From: Candidatus Multivorans sp.
GTDB lineage: Bacteria > Acidobacteriota > Thermoanaerobaculia > Multivoradales > Multivoraceae
Direction of reading: 5' to 3'
DNA length: 64,000 nt
Assembly (NCBI GenBank): GCA_965224025.1
Contig: OZ245033.1
Location: 4,736,001-4,800,000 of the forward strand
The notes below the pieces were generated by a model. The model was given only the letters and a program-made list of their open reading frames with translations. It was not told the origin of the DNA and did not search any database. Each line of letters starts with the position of its first letter. Within the stretch, counting starts at the first letter, position 1. This document shows positions 17,810 through 27,492 of this stretch, in pieces. Made by a program: the position numbers and the translations under genes.

Positions 17810-20473
17810 ATGCCCACGAAGTCCCGCACCCACGCCCGGCCGCCCGCAGTCTTGCTCGCCGCCCTTGCGCTGCTCGTTGCGGGCACCGCTGCCGCTCAGC
17901 CAGACGCTCAGCCCAACATCATCGTCGTCCTCGCCGACGACCTGGGCGTAGAGACGCTGGGTGTCTACGGCGGGACGTCCTACGAGACGCCGGAGCTCGA
18001 CCGGATCGCGGCGGAGGGTATGCGGTTCGAGAACGGGCACTCGCAGCCGCTGTGCACGCCGACCCGGGTCAAGCTGATGACGGGGCTGCACAACTACCGG
18101 AACTACCGGGAGTTCATGGAACTCGACCCGGCCGACGTCACGTTCGCCCACGTGCTGGCGCAGGCGGGGTACCGGACGGTGATCTCGGGCAAGTGGCAGT
18201 TGACGAACAACCTCTACATGGTCCACGAGGGCGCCTCGCCGCAGCAGGCGGGGTTCGACGAGCACCGGCTGTGGCAACTCCGCCGGGAGGGGCGCGGGTC
18301 GCGCTACTGGGGACCGACCCTGGTGACGAACGACCGCAAGGAGACCTGGGGCGACGACGTCTTCGGGCCCGATCTGACGAACGACTTCGTGCTTGAGGCG
18401 ATCGACGAGCACGCGGCGGCGGATCCGGCTACTCGCAAGCCGCTCTTCATCTACTACCCGATGGCGCTGCCCCACGATCCGTTCGTCACGACGCCGCACC
18501 ATCCGGACGCGGAGTCGAACCAGGAACGGTTCGCGGCGATGGTCGCCTACATGGACCACCTGGTGGGCCGGGTGCGGGCGAAGCTGATCGAGCACGAGCT
18601 GGACCGCGACACGCTGCTCCTGTTCATCGGCGACAACGGCACCTCAACGCGGATCACGTCGGTTCGCCACGGCCGCGAAGTCCTCGGCGGCAAGGGGCGG
18701 TCGCTCCGGACCGGCAGCCACGTGCCGTACCTCGCCTGGTGGCCGGGGACGATCTCCGGCGGTCAGGTGAACAAGACCCTGGTCGACGTCGGCGACGTGT
18801 TTCCCACTCTGGTCGAAACGGCTGGCGCCGGCCTGCCGCCCGGCCTCGACCTGAATGGCGAGAGCCTGCTGCCGATGCTCAAGGGCGGACCGGCGCTCGA
18901 CCGCGATGCCCTGTTCATCCACTACGAGTCACGCTGGTATGCGGGACCGCCGGCACGCTACGCCTTCGACGAGCGATTCAAGCGCTACGACGACGGCCGC
19001 CTGTTCGACCTCGTCGCGGACCCGAGCGAGCAGTCGCCGGCCGACGCCGCGAACCTCCCGCCGGAAGACGCCGCCCGCGTCGCGGCGATCGACTCCCTCC
19101 TGGCCTCCAAGCCCGGAGCGATCCGCTCCGCCGGCGCCTGGCGGCCGCCTACGCCCGCGGTCAACCGGTGGCGGCCGCCGGCCCACCGGCCGAACGTGCT
19201 GCTGTTCGTCGCCGACGACATGACGTACAACGACGCCGGCGCCCTGGGCAACCCCCAGGTCCACACGCCGAACCTGGACCGGCTCGCCGAGCAGGGGACG
19301 ACGTTCACCCACATGTACACCGCCACCGCGATGTGCTCGCCGACCCGGCACATGCTCTACACCGGCCAGTACCCGGTACGGAGCGGCGCCTACCCGAACC
19401 ACGCGAAGGCGAAGCCCGGCACGAAGAGCGTCGTCCACTACCTGACCGGTCTCGGCTACCGGGTCGGCCTGGCCGGCAAGTCCCACGTGGCGCCGGAAGA
19501 CGTCTACCCCTTTGAGAAGGTGGCGGGCCGCGACCTCGACTCGGGCCGGATCGGCGAGTTCATCGGCCGCGACCCGAATCAGCCGTTTGCGCTGATCGTC
19601 GCGTCGACGGAACCCCACCAGCCCTGGGGCAAGGGCGACCCGTCGCGCTACGACGCTGCGTCCCTCGAGCTGCCGGCCTACTTCGTCGACACCCCGGAGA
19701 CCCGCGAGGCCCTGACCCGCTACTACGCCGAGATCACGTTCATGGACGGCCAGCTCGGCCAGGTCCTCGATCTGCTCGAGGAGCACGCGGCTCACGAGAA
19801 CACGCTGACCATGTTCTACAGCGAGCAGGGCATCAGCGGTCCCCTGGCCAAGTGGACGCTCTACGAAGCCGGCATCCGCACCTCCGTCGTCGCCCGCTGG
19901 AGCCACAGGATTCCGGCCGGCCAGACGTCAGCCGCGCTGCTCCAGATCAACGATCTCCTGCCGACCTGGATCGAGGCCGCCGGAGGCACCGTGCCACCGG
20001 AGATCGAGGGCAGGAGCATGCTCGGCCTCCTGCTCGAGCCCGGTCCGAAGCACCGCGACGTGGTCTACGGCATTCAGACGACGACCGGCATCGTCGCCAA
20101 CCTGGAGCCCTACCCCATCCGCTCCATCCGCGACGAGCGCTACAAGCTGATCTGGAACATTGCCCACGAGAACCGGTTCACGAACCTCGTCACCGAGGAG
20201 AACCGGGACGGCTTCTACTTCTCGTGGCGCGACGCCGGCGAGACGGATGCCGCGGCCCGGGCGTTGTACGAGCGGTACCAGCACCGGCCGGAGTTCGAGT
20301 TCTTCGATCTGGAGGCGGACCCCCACGAGCTGGTGAACCTGGCGGATGAGCCGGCGCATCGGGGGCGGCTGGAGGAGCTGCACGCGCAGTTGCAGGCCTG
20401 GATGGAGGATCAGGGGGATCTGGGGCTGCAGACCGAGGTGGAAGCGCCGCAACACCAGACGCGGCCTCGGTAG
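17810..20473 (+). CDS. Secreted tandem double sulfatase
   Basis: Signal peptide; two PN....DD domains with formylglycine motifs CTPTR and CSPTR. Confidence 0.92.
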   Translation: MPTKSRTHARPPAVLLAALALLVAGTAAAQPDAQPNIIVVLADDLGVETLGVYGGTSYETPELDRIAAEGMRFENGHSQPLCTPTRVKLMTGLHNYRNYREFMELDPADVTFAHVLAQAGYRTVISGKWQLTNNLYMVHEGASPQQAGFDEHRLWQLRREGRGSRYWGPTLVTNDRKETWGDDVFGPDLTNDFVLEAIDEHAAADPATRKPLFIYYPMALPHDPFVTTPHHPDAESNQERFAAMVAYMDHLVGRVRAKLIEHELDRDTLLLFIGDNGTSTRITSVRHGREVLGGKGRSLRTGSHVPYLAWWPGTISGGQVNKTLVDVGDVFPTLVETAGAGLPPGLDLNGESLLPMLKGGPALDRDALFIHYESRWYAGPPARYAFDERFKRYDDGRLFDLVADPSEQSPADAANLPPEDAARVAAIDSLLASKPGAIRSAGAWRPPTPAVNRWRPPAHRPNVLLFVADDMTYNDAGALGNPQVHTPNLDRLAEQGTTFTHMYTATAMCSPTRHMLYTGQYPVRSGAYPNHAKAKPGTKSVVHYLTGLGYRVGLAGKSHVAPEDVYPFEKVAGRDLDSGRIGEFIGRDPNQPFALIVASTEPHQPWGKGDPSRYDAASLELPAYFVDTPETREALTRYYAEITFMDGQLGQVLDLLEEHAAHENTLTMFYSEQGISGPLAKWTLYEAGIRTSVVARWSHRIPAGQTSAALLQINDLLPTWIEAAGGTVPPEIEGRSMLGLLLEPGPKHRDVVYGIQTTTGIVANLEPYPIRSIRDERYKLIWNIAHENRFTNLVTEENRDGFYFSWRDAGETDAAARALYERYQHRPEFEFFDLEADPHELVNLADEPAHRGRLEELHAQLQAWMEDQGDLGLQTEVEAPQHQTRPR

Positions 20474-20478
20474 GAGGG

Positions 20479-21471
20479 TCAGGTCGCGGCTTCGCCTTCC
20501 GGCGGCGGGCAGTAGTCGTCGCCGATCGTTCGTCCGCCGTTGCCGTTCGGACGCTCCAGCTTGCCCGCCAGCACCTGCCGAGCCAACTGGTTGGCGCTGA
20601 TCATGGAAACCAGCGCAAGGCCTCCGATGTGGTCCGAAAGGGCCTTGACATCGCCGCCGTCGGCCATCTCCAGGGCATTCACGTACGCGGGTTTTCCTTC
20701 GGCGGTGACCACGGGCGGCGGCAGGGAGCGTTTCAGGTAGGCCCAAGCCATGAGCAACCGGGACACCCGCCCGTTGCCGTCCTGAAACGGATGGGTACGA
20801 ACGAAGCGGTGGTGCAGCCAAGCCGCCTCGACGTTGACCGGATAGTCGCCTTGAAACACGTCCCGACACAAAGCAAAGAAACGGTCCATCTCGGACTGGA
20901 CGTGCTCCGGCGGGCAGTACTCGTGAACCTTCCCGTCAGCGCGTCGCGGGTTGTTGGGCTGCGTCTTCCATCGTCCCTTTGTGCGGAACGGTACAGCAAC
21001 GCGGCGGCCCTCCAGGTCCAGGCCCGTGACCGTCTCCTGGTGGCGTACAAGCAGTTGGTGCCAGCTCTTCACCATGTGCTCCGAGAGCGGACGCCCGCTC
21101 GCAACGTCCTCGAAGACCATGTCGTAGGCAGCCTCCTGGTCCTCGAGTAAGCCCCGGATCGCCTCGTCCTCTAGCCCTTCGAGGGTGTGCGCGCCCATGA
21201 CGCCGGCGAACCCCTCCGCGACCAACTGCTCAGTCACGCCGCGGCGCAACGTGTAGAGCCCCTCGATCTGCCCGGTCTCGATGGCGAAGGCCCGCACACG
21301 CTCACGCAGCCATGACTGCATGAAGCGCTCCTTGGCGGCATCTCGCTTGAGCGCGTCGAGGTGCGCGGCCCAGGTCGCCTCCTGCTCGGCCTGTCCGGGC
21401 AACGCCCAGGGGGCGGCGCCAGCGGGCATTCCCTCAAGCGGCCTCCAACGCCAAGGTTCGTCGGCGGTCAT
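20479..21471 (-). CDS. Fic-family protein
   Basis: HPFQDGNGRVSR motif; start MTADEPW at 21471. Confidence 0.9.
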   Translation of the reverse strand: MTADEPWRWRPLEGMPAGAAPWALPGQAEQEATWAAHLDALKRDAAKERFMQSWLRERVRAFAIETGQIEGLYTLRRGVTEQLVAEGFAGVMGAHTLEGLEDEAIRGLLEDQEAAYDMVFEDVASGRPLSEHMVKSWHQLLVRHQETVTGLDLEGRRVAVPFRTKGRWKTQPNNPRRADGKVHEYCPPEHVQSEMDRFFALCRDVFQGDYPVNVEAAWLHHRFVRTHPFQDGNGRVSRLLMAWAYLKRSLPPPVVTAEGKPAYVNALEMADGGDVKALSDHIGGLALVSMISANQLARQVLAGKLERPNGNGGRTIGDDYCPPPEGEAAT

Positions 21472-21477
21472 CGCCTG

Positions 21478-21483
21478 ATTGTA
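21478..21483 (-). promoter_or_regulatory. -10 box of a leaderless promoter for the Fic gene
   Basis: TACAAT 6 nt before the ATG; no Shine-Dalgarno. Confidence 0.45.
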
Positions 21484-21494
21484 GTGGCGGCGCC

Positions 21495-23354
21495 CTACGC
21501 CGCCGTCTCCTGCTGGGCGTACTGCAACTGGTACAGGCGCCAGTAGACGCCGCGGAGGTCGAGGAGTTCGTCGTGGGTGCCGTGCTCGCAGATGGCGCCG
21601 TGGTGGAAGACGTAGATGCGGTCGACGTCCTTGATCGTCGACAGGCGGTGGGCGACGACGATCGAGGTCTTGCCCTCCATGAGGTGCCGGAGGGCGTCCT
21701 GAATCAGGGCCTCGGTCTCGGTGTCGACGCTGGAGGTCGCCTCGTCCAGCAGCAGCAGTTGCGGTTCGCGCGCCAGGGCGCGGGCGAAGGAAAGCAACTG
21801 CCGCTGACCGGTCGAGAAGTTGACGCCGCGCTCGCTGACCTTGTGCTGCCAGCCGTTCGGCAGCCGCTCGATCAGCTCGTCGACGTGGGTCGCCCGGGCC
21901 GCCTCGTCGACCACATCGTCGTCCACGTCGCGGCCGAGAACGATGTTGTAGCGCAGGTCGCCGTCGAACAGGAAAACGTCCTGGAGCACGAAGGCCAGCC
22001 GGCGGCGGAGTTCGGGCTTCGGAATCTCCCGGATGTCCCGGCCGTCGACGCGGATTGCACCTTCCTGGAGCTCGTAGAGACGCGCCAGCAGCTTGAGCGT
22101 GGTCGTCTTGCCGGAGCCGGTGTGGCCGACGATCGCCACCCGCTCGCCGGCGGCGACGCGGAAGGAGACGTTGCGCAGGACCGTCTCCGCGCCGTACGAG
22201 AAGGTCACGCCGTCGAACTCGACTTCGCAGCCGCCGCGTTGCGGGCCGGCAGCGGCCTCGGCCGGCGATTCGATCCGCCCCTCCGGTTCCCGCGGCTCGT
22301 CGAGGAGCTGGAACACGCGTTCGGCGCTCGCCATCGAGGACTGCATCACCGAATACTTGGCGGACAGGTCCATCAGCGGCCGGAAGAAGCGGCCCATGTA
22401 GTCGGTGAAGACGTACATCGTGCCGAGCGTGATCTCGCCGACGCCGAGCAGTCTGGCGCCGTACCAGAAGATCAGCGCCCGGGTCAGGTTCGTCGCCAGA
22501 TCGACGGACGAAAACAGCAGGGCGTCGTAGCGGATCGAGCGCAGCCAGGAATCGCGGTGGGAGGCGTTCTCGCGCTCGAAGTCCCGCTGGTTCCGCCGTT
22601 CGCGGGCGAACAACTGGACCACCTTCATGCCGGTGATCGTTTCCTGCAGGTGAGCGTTCAGGCGCGCGATCTTGACCCGGACCTCCCGGAATGCCTCGCG
22701 CACCTTGTAGCGGAAGATCGCCGCCGCAATTCCCAGCAAGGGCACCAGGGCGAGGGCCGCCAGGGCCAGACGGGGTTCCATCGAAAACAGCATGGTGAGA
22801 ATCACGACCATCACGAACACGTCCGCGACCATCGCAATCACGCCGGCCGAGAACATCTCCGCCAGGTTCTCCAGGTCGTTCGTGAGCCGCGTCACCAAGC
22901 GGCCCACCGGGTAGCGGTCGAAGAAGCGCATCGGCAGACGCTGGACGTGATCGAACAGCGTCCTCCGGACGTCGCGGATCGTGCGCTGGCCGAGCGAGAT
23001 CATGGTGAAGGCGCGCAGCCACTCCATGGTGAGCGTGAGCATCGAGATGCCGAGCACCAGGATGAACATCCAGGCCAGCGGCGGCAGGCCGAACCGCGGC
23101 ACGACGAAGGGGGCCATCCACCCCACTTCCGACGTCGCGACACCCTCGGTCAGGTAGTTGAGCGCCGCGCCCACGACCAGCGCCGGCATCAACTCAAGCA
23201 CCGCACGCACCGGCACGAGGGCGAAGTTGAAGCCGATCCAGCCCCGGTAGGGCCGCATGAACGGCCAGAGCCGCTTGATCAGCTCGCTGTCGTAGACCTT
23301 GCCGAGGTCGCGCTCGCGGCCCGGCCCGACGGCTTCGCTCCGTTCCTCGCTCAC
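21495..23354 (-). CDS. ABC exporter subunit, permease plus ATPase (MdlB-like)
   Basis: Transmembrane domain, GHTGSGKT, FSTGQRQ, LLLDEATS, AHRLST. Confidence 0.92.
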   Translation of the reverse strand: MSEERSEAVGPGRERDLGKVYDSELIKRLWPFMRPYRGWIGFNFALVPVRAVLELMPALVVGAALNYLTEGVATSEVGWMAPFVVPRFGLPPLAWMFILVLGISMLTLTMEWLRAFTMISLGQRTIRDVRRTLFDHVQRLPMRFFDRYPVGRLVTRLTNDLENLAEMFSAGVIAMVADVFVMVVILTMLFSMEPRLALAALALVPLLGIAAAIFRYKVREAFREVRVKIARLNAHLQETITGMKVVQLFARERRNQRDFERENASHRDSWLRSIRYDALLFSSVDLATNLTRALIFWYGARLLGVGEITLGTMYVFTDYMGRFFRPLMDLSAKYSVMQSSMASAERVFQLLDEPREPEGRIESPAEAAAGPQRGGCEVEFDGVTFSYGAETVLRNVSFRVAAGERVAIVGHTGSGKTTTLKLLARLYELQEGAIRVDGRDIREIPKPELRRRLAFVLQDVFLFDGDLRYNIVLGRDVDDDVVDEAARATHVDELIERLPNGWQHKVSERGVNFSTGQRQLLSFARALAREPQLLLLDEATSSVDTETEALIQDALRHLMEGKTSIVVAHRLSTIKDVDRIYVFHHGAICEHGTHDELLDLRGVYWRLYQLQYAQQETAA

Positions 23355-25264
23355 GACGACTCTTCCCCGGGCCCAGTCCGCGGCACGCCGGCCACCGTGC
23401 CGGCGTGGCCCGGATCCGGAACGAGGACGCCGCCATCGCCCAGCGCCATCCGCGCGCCCGATGACGGGCGCTCGGACTGGTTCGCGGTTGGCGCGGGATC
23501 GCGCCAACCGGGTTCAAGCTCGGACAGCAGTTCCTGGCGACGGTGCAGGCGGGCGTAGAAGCCGCCCAAATCCACCAGTTCCCGGTGCGTCCCGCGCTCC
23601 GTGATGCGGCCGTTCTCTAGCACGACGATCTGATCGGCGCCCCGCACCGCCGAGATGCGGTGCGCGACGATGAAGCAGGTGCGGCCGCGCCGCTTCCCCT
23701 CGATGTCGCCCAGGATCGCCTCCTCGGTGCCGTGGTCGACGCTCGACAGCGAGTCGTCGAGGATGAGGATCGAGGGGCGCAGGATCATCGCCCGCGCCAG
23801 GGCCACTCGCTGGCGCTGGCCGCCCGAGAGGGTGACCCCGCGTTCGCCGACGACGGTGTCGAAGCCGTCCTCGAATTCTTCGATCTCCCGTTCGACCTGG
23901 GCCCGCGCCGCGGCGCGGCGCACCTGCTCAAGATCGACATCGGGGACGCCGTAGCGGATGTTCTCGGCCACCGAGATGGAGAACAGGAAACTGTCCTGCG
24001 GCACCATGGCGATGCTCGAACGCAGCACCTGGACCGGCATTCGGTTCAGGTCCACGCCGTCGATCAGGATGGCGCCGTCGTCGACCTCCAGGATCCTCGG
24101 CACCAAGCCGACCAGGGTCGTTTTGCCCGACCCCACCGGCCCCACGATGCCGACCGTGCTGCCGGCTTCGACCACCAAGTCTATCCCAACGAGCGCCGGC
24201 AGGTAGCTGCCGGGATAGGTGAAGGTCAGGTTGCGGAACTCGACCCGGCTGGCCACTTCCGAAACCTCCGCGACATCCTCCCGGTCGCGGATCGAGGGCA
24301 CGATGTCCAGCACCGTCCCCAACCGCTCGAGCCCCGCGAGCCCGCGCTGGGTGATCGAGACGACGAACCCCAGCATCATGGTCGGGAAGGTCAGCATCAC
24401 GATGTAGCCCCAGAACAGCCACAGATCCTCAACGCCGAGCAGCCCCGCCTGCACCCTCTGCCCTCCCAGCCACAGCACAAGGGCGGCCGAGATGGACGGC
24501 ACCACGCCGACGGAGGCGAACATCGTCGTCTGCATGACGCCGACCTTCATCATGCGCCGGAACAGCTCCTGGTTCTGGTCGTCGAAGCGGTCGCGCTCCA
24601 GGTCAGGCAGGTCGTAGGCCTTGACCACCAGGGCGCCGGAGGCGTTCTCCTGCACCACGGTCGAGACCTTGCCGAGCTGCTCCTGGCCGGCCAGGTTGGC
24701 CTGGAACATGTACCGGCTGTAGTGCCGTGTAACGAGCACGAAGATCGGAAAGGAAGCCATCGACCAGAGGGTCAGCACGGCGTCCACGCGCAACATGACC
24801 ACCAGGGCGCCGAGGAACAGCACAGGCGTCTGCAGGAGGTTCAGGAAACCCATGCCCAGGAACATCCGGATGCTGTTGATGTCGTTCACGGCACGCGACA
24901 TCAGATCGCCGGTGCGGTGCGCCAGGAAGAAGGACTGCGGCAGGCTCTGCAGGTGGGCGAAGTAGTCGTTGCGGATGCGGTACTCGATCTGGCGGCCGAT
25001 GTTGAACATCACGATCCGCGAGAACAGCCTTGTTGCGGCCAGGCCGCCCGCGGCCAGCACCAGGAACAGCACCTCGCGCTGGAAGCTCTCCGGGGGGCCC
25101 TCGAGCGCGGCGACGATGTTCCGCCCGGCCAGCGGAATGAGCTGGAAGAAGGCGACGTACAGGAGCGTGAGAACCCCGCCCAGGACGTAGGCGCCGGGCG
25201 CCAGGCGCATGTACGCGAACAGGCGGGCGAGCGGCTTCTGGCTTCCTCCCGACTCACCGTCCAT
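23351..25264 (-). CDS. ABC exporter subunit, permease plus ATPase (MdlA-like)
   Basis: TGDLMSR, GPVGSGKT, LSGGQRQR, ILDDSLSSVD; GTGA overlap with the partner gene. Confidence 0.92.
   Translation of the reverse strand: MDGESGGSQKPLARLFAYMRLAPGAYVLGGVLTLLYVAFFQLIPLAGRNIVAALEGPPESFQREVLFLVLAAGGLAATRLFSRIVMFNIGRQIEYRIRNDYFAHLQSLPQSFFLAHRTGDLMSRAVNDINSIRMFLGMGFLNLLQTPVLFLGALVVMLRVDAVLTLWSMASFPIFVLVTRHYSRYMFQANLAGQEQLGKVSTVVQENASGALVVKAYDLPDLERDRFDDQNQELFRRMMKVGVMQTTMFASVGVVPSISAALVLWLGGQRVQAGLLGVEDLWLFWGYIVMLTFPTMMLGFVVSITQRGLAGLERLGTVLDIVPSIRDREDVAEVSEVASRVEFRNLTFTYPGSYLPALVGIDLVVEAGSTVGIVGPVGSGKTTLVGLVPRILEVDDGAILIDGVDLNRMPVQVLRSSIAMVPQDSFLFSISVAENIRYGVPDVDLEQVRRAAARAQVEREIEEFEDGFDTVVGERGVTLSGGQRQRVALARAMILRPSILILDDSLSSVDHGTEEAILGDIEGKRRGRTCFIVAHRISAVRGADQIVVLENGRITERGTHRELVDLGGFYARLHRRQELLSELEPGWRDPAPTANQSERPSSGARMALGDGGVLVPDPGHAGTVAGVPRTGPGEESS
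23445..23515 (+). repeat. Two-hairpin dispersed repeat, copy 1 (inside the ABC gene 3' end)
   Basis: GCCATCCGCGCGCCCGATGACGGGCGCTCGGACTGGTTCGCGGTTGGCGCG..CGCGCCAACCGGGTTC, similar to three other copies. Confidence 0.9.
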
Positions 25265-25353
25265 GGCGGGGGACCATACCAACGCGCTTCCCCCGATCGC
25301 CCTGCCGCTGGGGTAGGCTGCCGCAGCTTTCCCCGCCCGCCCACTGCCAATCC

Positions 25354-25992
25354 ATGAAGCTGCACTGGTTCGTCTTCCTCGCCCTGATCGGCATGTGCCT
25401 CACCGTGGGCGCGGCCTTCGTCACGCCGCAGACGCCCTACGAGGACGTGGTCCTGGAGGACGGCACGACCGAGCGGGTGATCAAGAGCCGCGGCTTCGAG
25501 CACGACCGCTTCGCGACCATGCGCCAGGGCGGGTCGGGCGCCGAGCGCCACGCCACGACGCTCTGGATCGGCTGGGCGTTCGTGATCTTCCAGGTGCTCT
25601 TCTTCGGCGGCTGCCTGGCGATGGGCATGGAGCGGCGCCGAGCGGGCGGCGCATCCCTGGGACCGGCCAAGCGGCCGCTGATCGTCGGCACCCTGGTTCT
25701 GGCCGCGATCTTCACCGCGCTCGTGTTCTCGTACCAGCGCTACGCCACCGAGGACACGCACACCCTGTTCCTGGGCTTCCCCAGGCCCACGGCGTGGGTG
25801 TTCTACGCGGTGTGGCCGTTCCCGGTGTTCCTGATGGTCGTCTACATGCGGATCTTCGACCGCTGGTTCTTCACCGAAGAGGACGAACGCAAGGTGGCGG
25901 AACTCGCCGCGGCGCAACGCCTGAAGGAGAGAGAGAACCGGAAGGAACTTGAAGCCGGCGGCAGCGACGCGGCCCGGGCGGGAGGCTGCTGA
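25354..25992 (+). CDS. Membrane protein, probable symporter accessory subunit
   Basis: About four hydrophobic segments; TGATG coupling to the symporter gene. Confidence 0.7.
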   Translation: MKLHWFVFLALIGMCLTVGAAFVTPQTPYEDVVLEDGTTERVIKSRGFEHDRFATMRQGGSGAERHATTLWIGWAFVIFQVLFFGGCLAMGMERRRAGGASLGPAKRPLIVGTLVLAAIFTALVFSYQRYATEDTHTLFLGFPRPTAWVFYAVWPFPVFLMVVYMRIFDRWFFTEEDERKVAELAAAQRLKERENRKELEAGGSDAARAGGC

Positions 25993-27479
25993 TGGAAGAG
26001 AGCCGCAACGCCGTCGTCCTGACCTGCCTCCTCATCTACTTCGCGCTGTGCATCGGCGTCGGCATCTGGGCGCTCAGGCGCACGAAGTCGTCCCAGGACT
26101 TCTTCATGGCCGGCCGCGAACTCGGCATCATCGTCACCGCCTTCGCGCTCTTCTCGAGCACGCTCTCCGGCTTCGGTTTCGTCGGCGGCCCCGGCCTCGT
26201 CTACAGCCAGGGCATGACTTCGGTGTGGATGATCGTCTGCGGCACGGTGGCGAGCTGCTTCACCTTCTTCCTGGTGGCGAAGCGGCTGCGCATCTTCTCG
26301 GAGGTGTACCAGACGGTGTCGCTGCCGGACACCGTGGCGCTGCGCTACCAGAGCGAGACCAGCCGATTCCTGACCGCCGTGGCGATCATCCTCGGCGTCG
26401 TGGGCTACCTGGCGGCGCAGATCATGGCGATGGCGGTGGTGCTGCAGGAGATCCTGAACAACGTCGACGGCATGCCCCACGTGAGCCTCGGCGCCTCCAT
26501 GGCCATCTCCGTCGCCGTCCTCGTCTTCTACTGCGTGACCGGCGGCATCATCGCCGGCGTCTACACCGACGTCGTCCAGGGCGCGGTGATGGCGATCGCC
26601 GGCGTGCTGGTGGTCATCGCGGCGATAGGCGCGGTCGACGGCGGCATCGCCGGCGGCGCCATGACGCTGGTGAACGACGATCCGGAGGCGATCGGACCGT
26701 GGGGCACCCTCGGCATCATGGGGGCGCTGTCCTACTACCTCCTGTTCGTGGTCGGGGCCTGCGGACAGCCCCACATCATCACCAAGCTGATGATGAACAA
26801 GCGGATCCGCCAGTTCAAGCAGATCTTCATGGTCAGCGCGATCGCCGGCTTCTTCGCGGCGCTGCTGTGGATCGCGATCGGCTTCGCGATGCGGGCGCTG
26901 GTCGTGGCCGGCGACCATCCCGAACTCGGGCAGCCCGACGACGCGGCATATGCGTTCCTCCAGGCGTACGCCCATCCGATCCTGGCCGGCATCGTTTTCG
27001 CCGCTCTCTTCGCCGCCATCATGTCGACTGCGGACGGCTTCCTCAACATCGGCGCCGCCGCGATCATCCACGACATTCCCAAGGCGCTCTTCGGCAAGCC
27101 ACTCAAGAAGGAGCTGTTCTGGGCCCGCGTGGCGACCCTGGGTCTGGCCGTGGGCGCGGCGCTCTTCGTGAGCCTCTCCAAGGAGGACCTGGTCGCCCTG
27201 CTCGGCACTTTCGGCTGGGGGACGTTCGCCGCCGCGCTGGTGCCGACGGTGGCGATCGGTTTCAACTGGAAACGCGCGACGGCGCTCGCGGCGAACGTCG
27301 CCATCATCTCGAGCCTCGCCGTGAACTTCTTCATCGAGATCGCGGGGATCCAGGTGCCCCACGGCATCCACGGCGGCGCCATCTCGCTGCTGCTCTCGCT
27401 GACCCTGTTCTTCGGCATCTCCCTGCTGTCGAAACCGCGGCCGCTTCCACGCGAGGTGGACGCGATCCTCGATCTGTAG
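25992..27479 (+). CDS. Sodium:solute symporter (PutP/PanF-like)
   Basis: DFFMAGR, SGFGFVGGPG, YTDVVQG, AAIMSTAD; many transmembrane helices. Confidence 0.92.
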   Translation: MEESRNAVVLTCLLIYFALCIGVGIWALRRTKSSQDFFMAGRELGIIVTAFALFSSTLSGFGFVGGPGLVYSQGMTSVWMIVCGTVASCFTFFLVAKRLRIFSEVYQTVSLPDTVALRYQSETSRFLTAVAIILGVVGYLAAQIMAMAVVLQEILNNVDGMPHVSLGASMAISVAVLVFYCVTGGIIAGVYTDVVQGAVMAIAGVLVVIAAIGAVDGGIAGGAMTLVNDDPEAIGPWGTLGIMGALSYYLLFVVGACGQPHIITKLMMNKRIRQFKQIFMVSAIAGFFAALLWIAIGFAMRALVVAGDHPELGQPDDAAYAFLQAYAHPILAGIVFAALFAAIMSTADGFLNIGAAAIIHDIPKALFGKPLKKELFWARVATLGLAVGAALFVSLSKEDLVALLGTFGWGTFAAALVPTVAIGFNWKRATALAANVAIISSLAVNFFIEIAGIQVPHGIHGGAISLLLSLTLFFGISLLSKPRPLPREVDAILDL

Positions 27480-27492
27480 CAGCAATCCGCGA

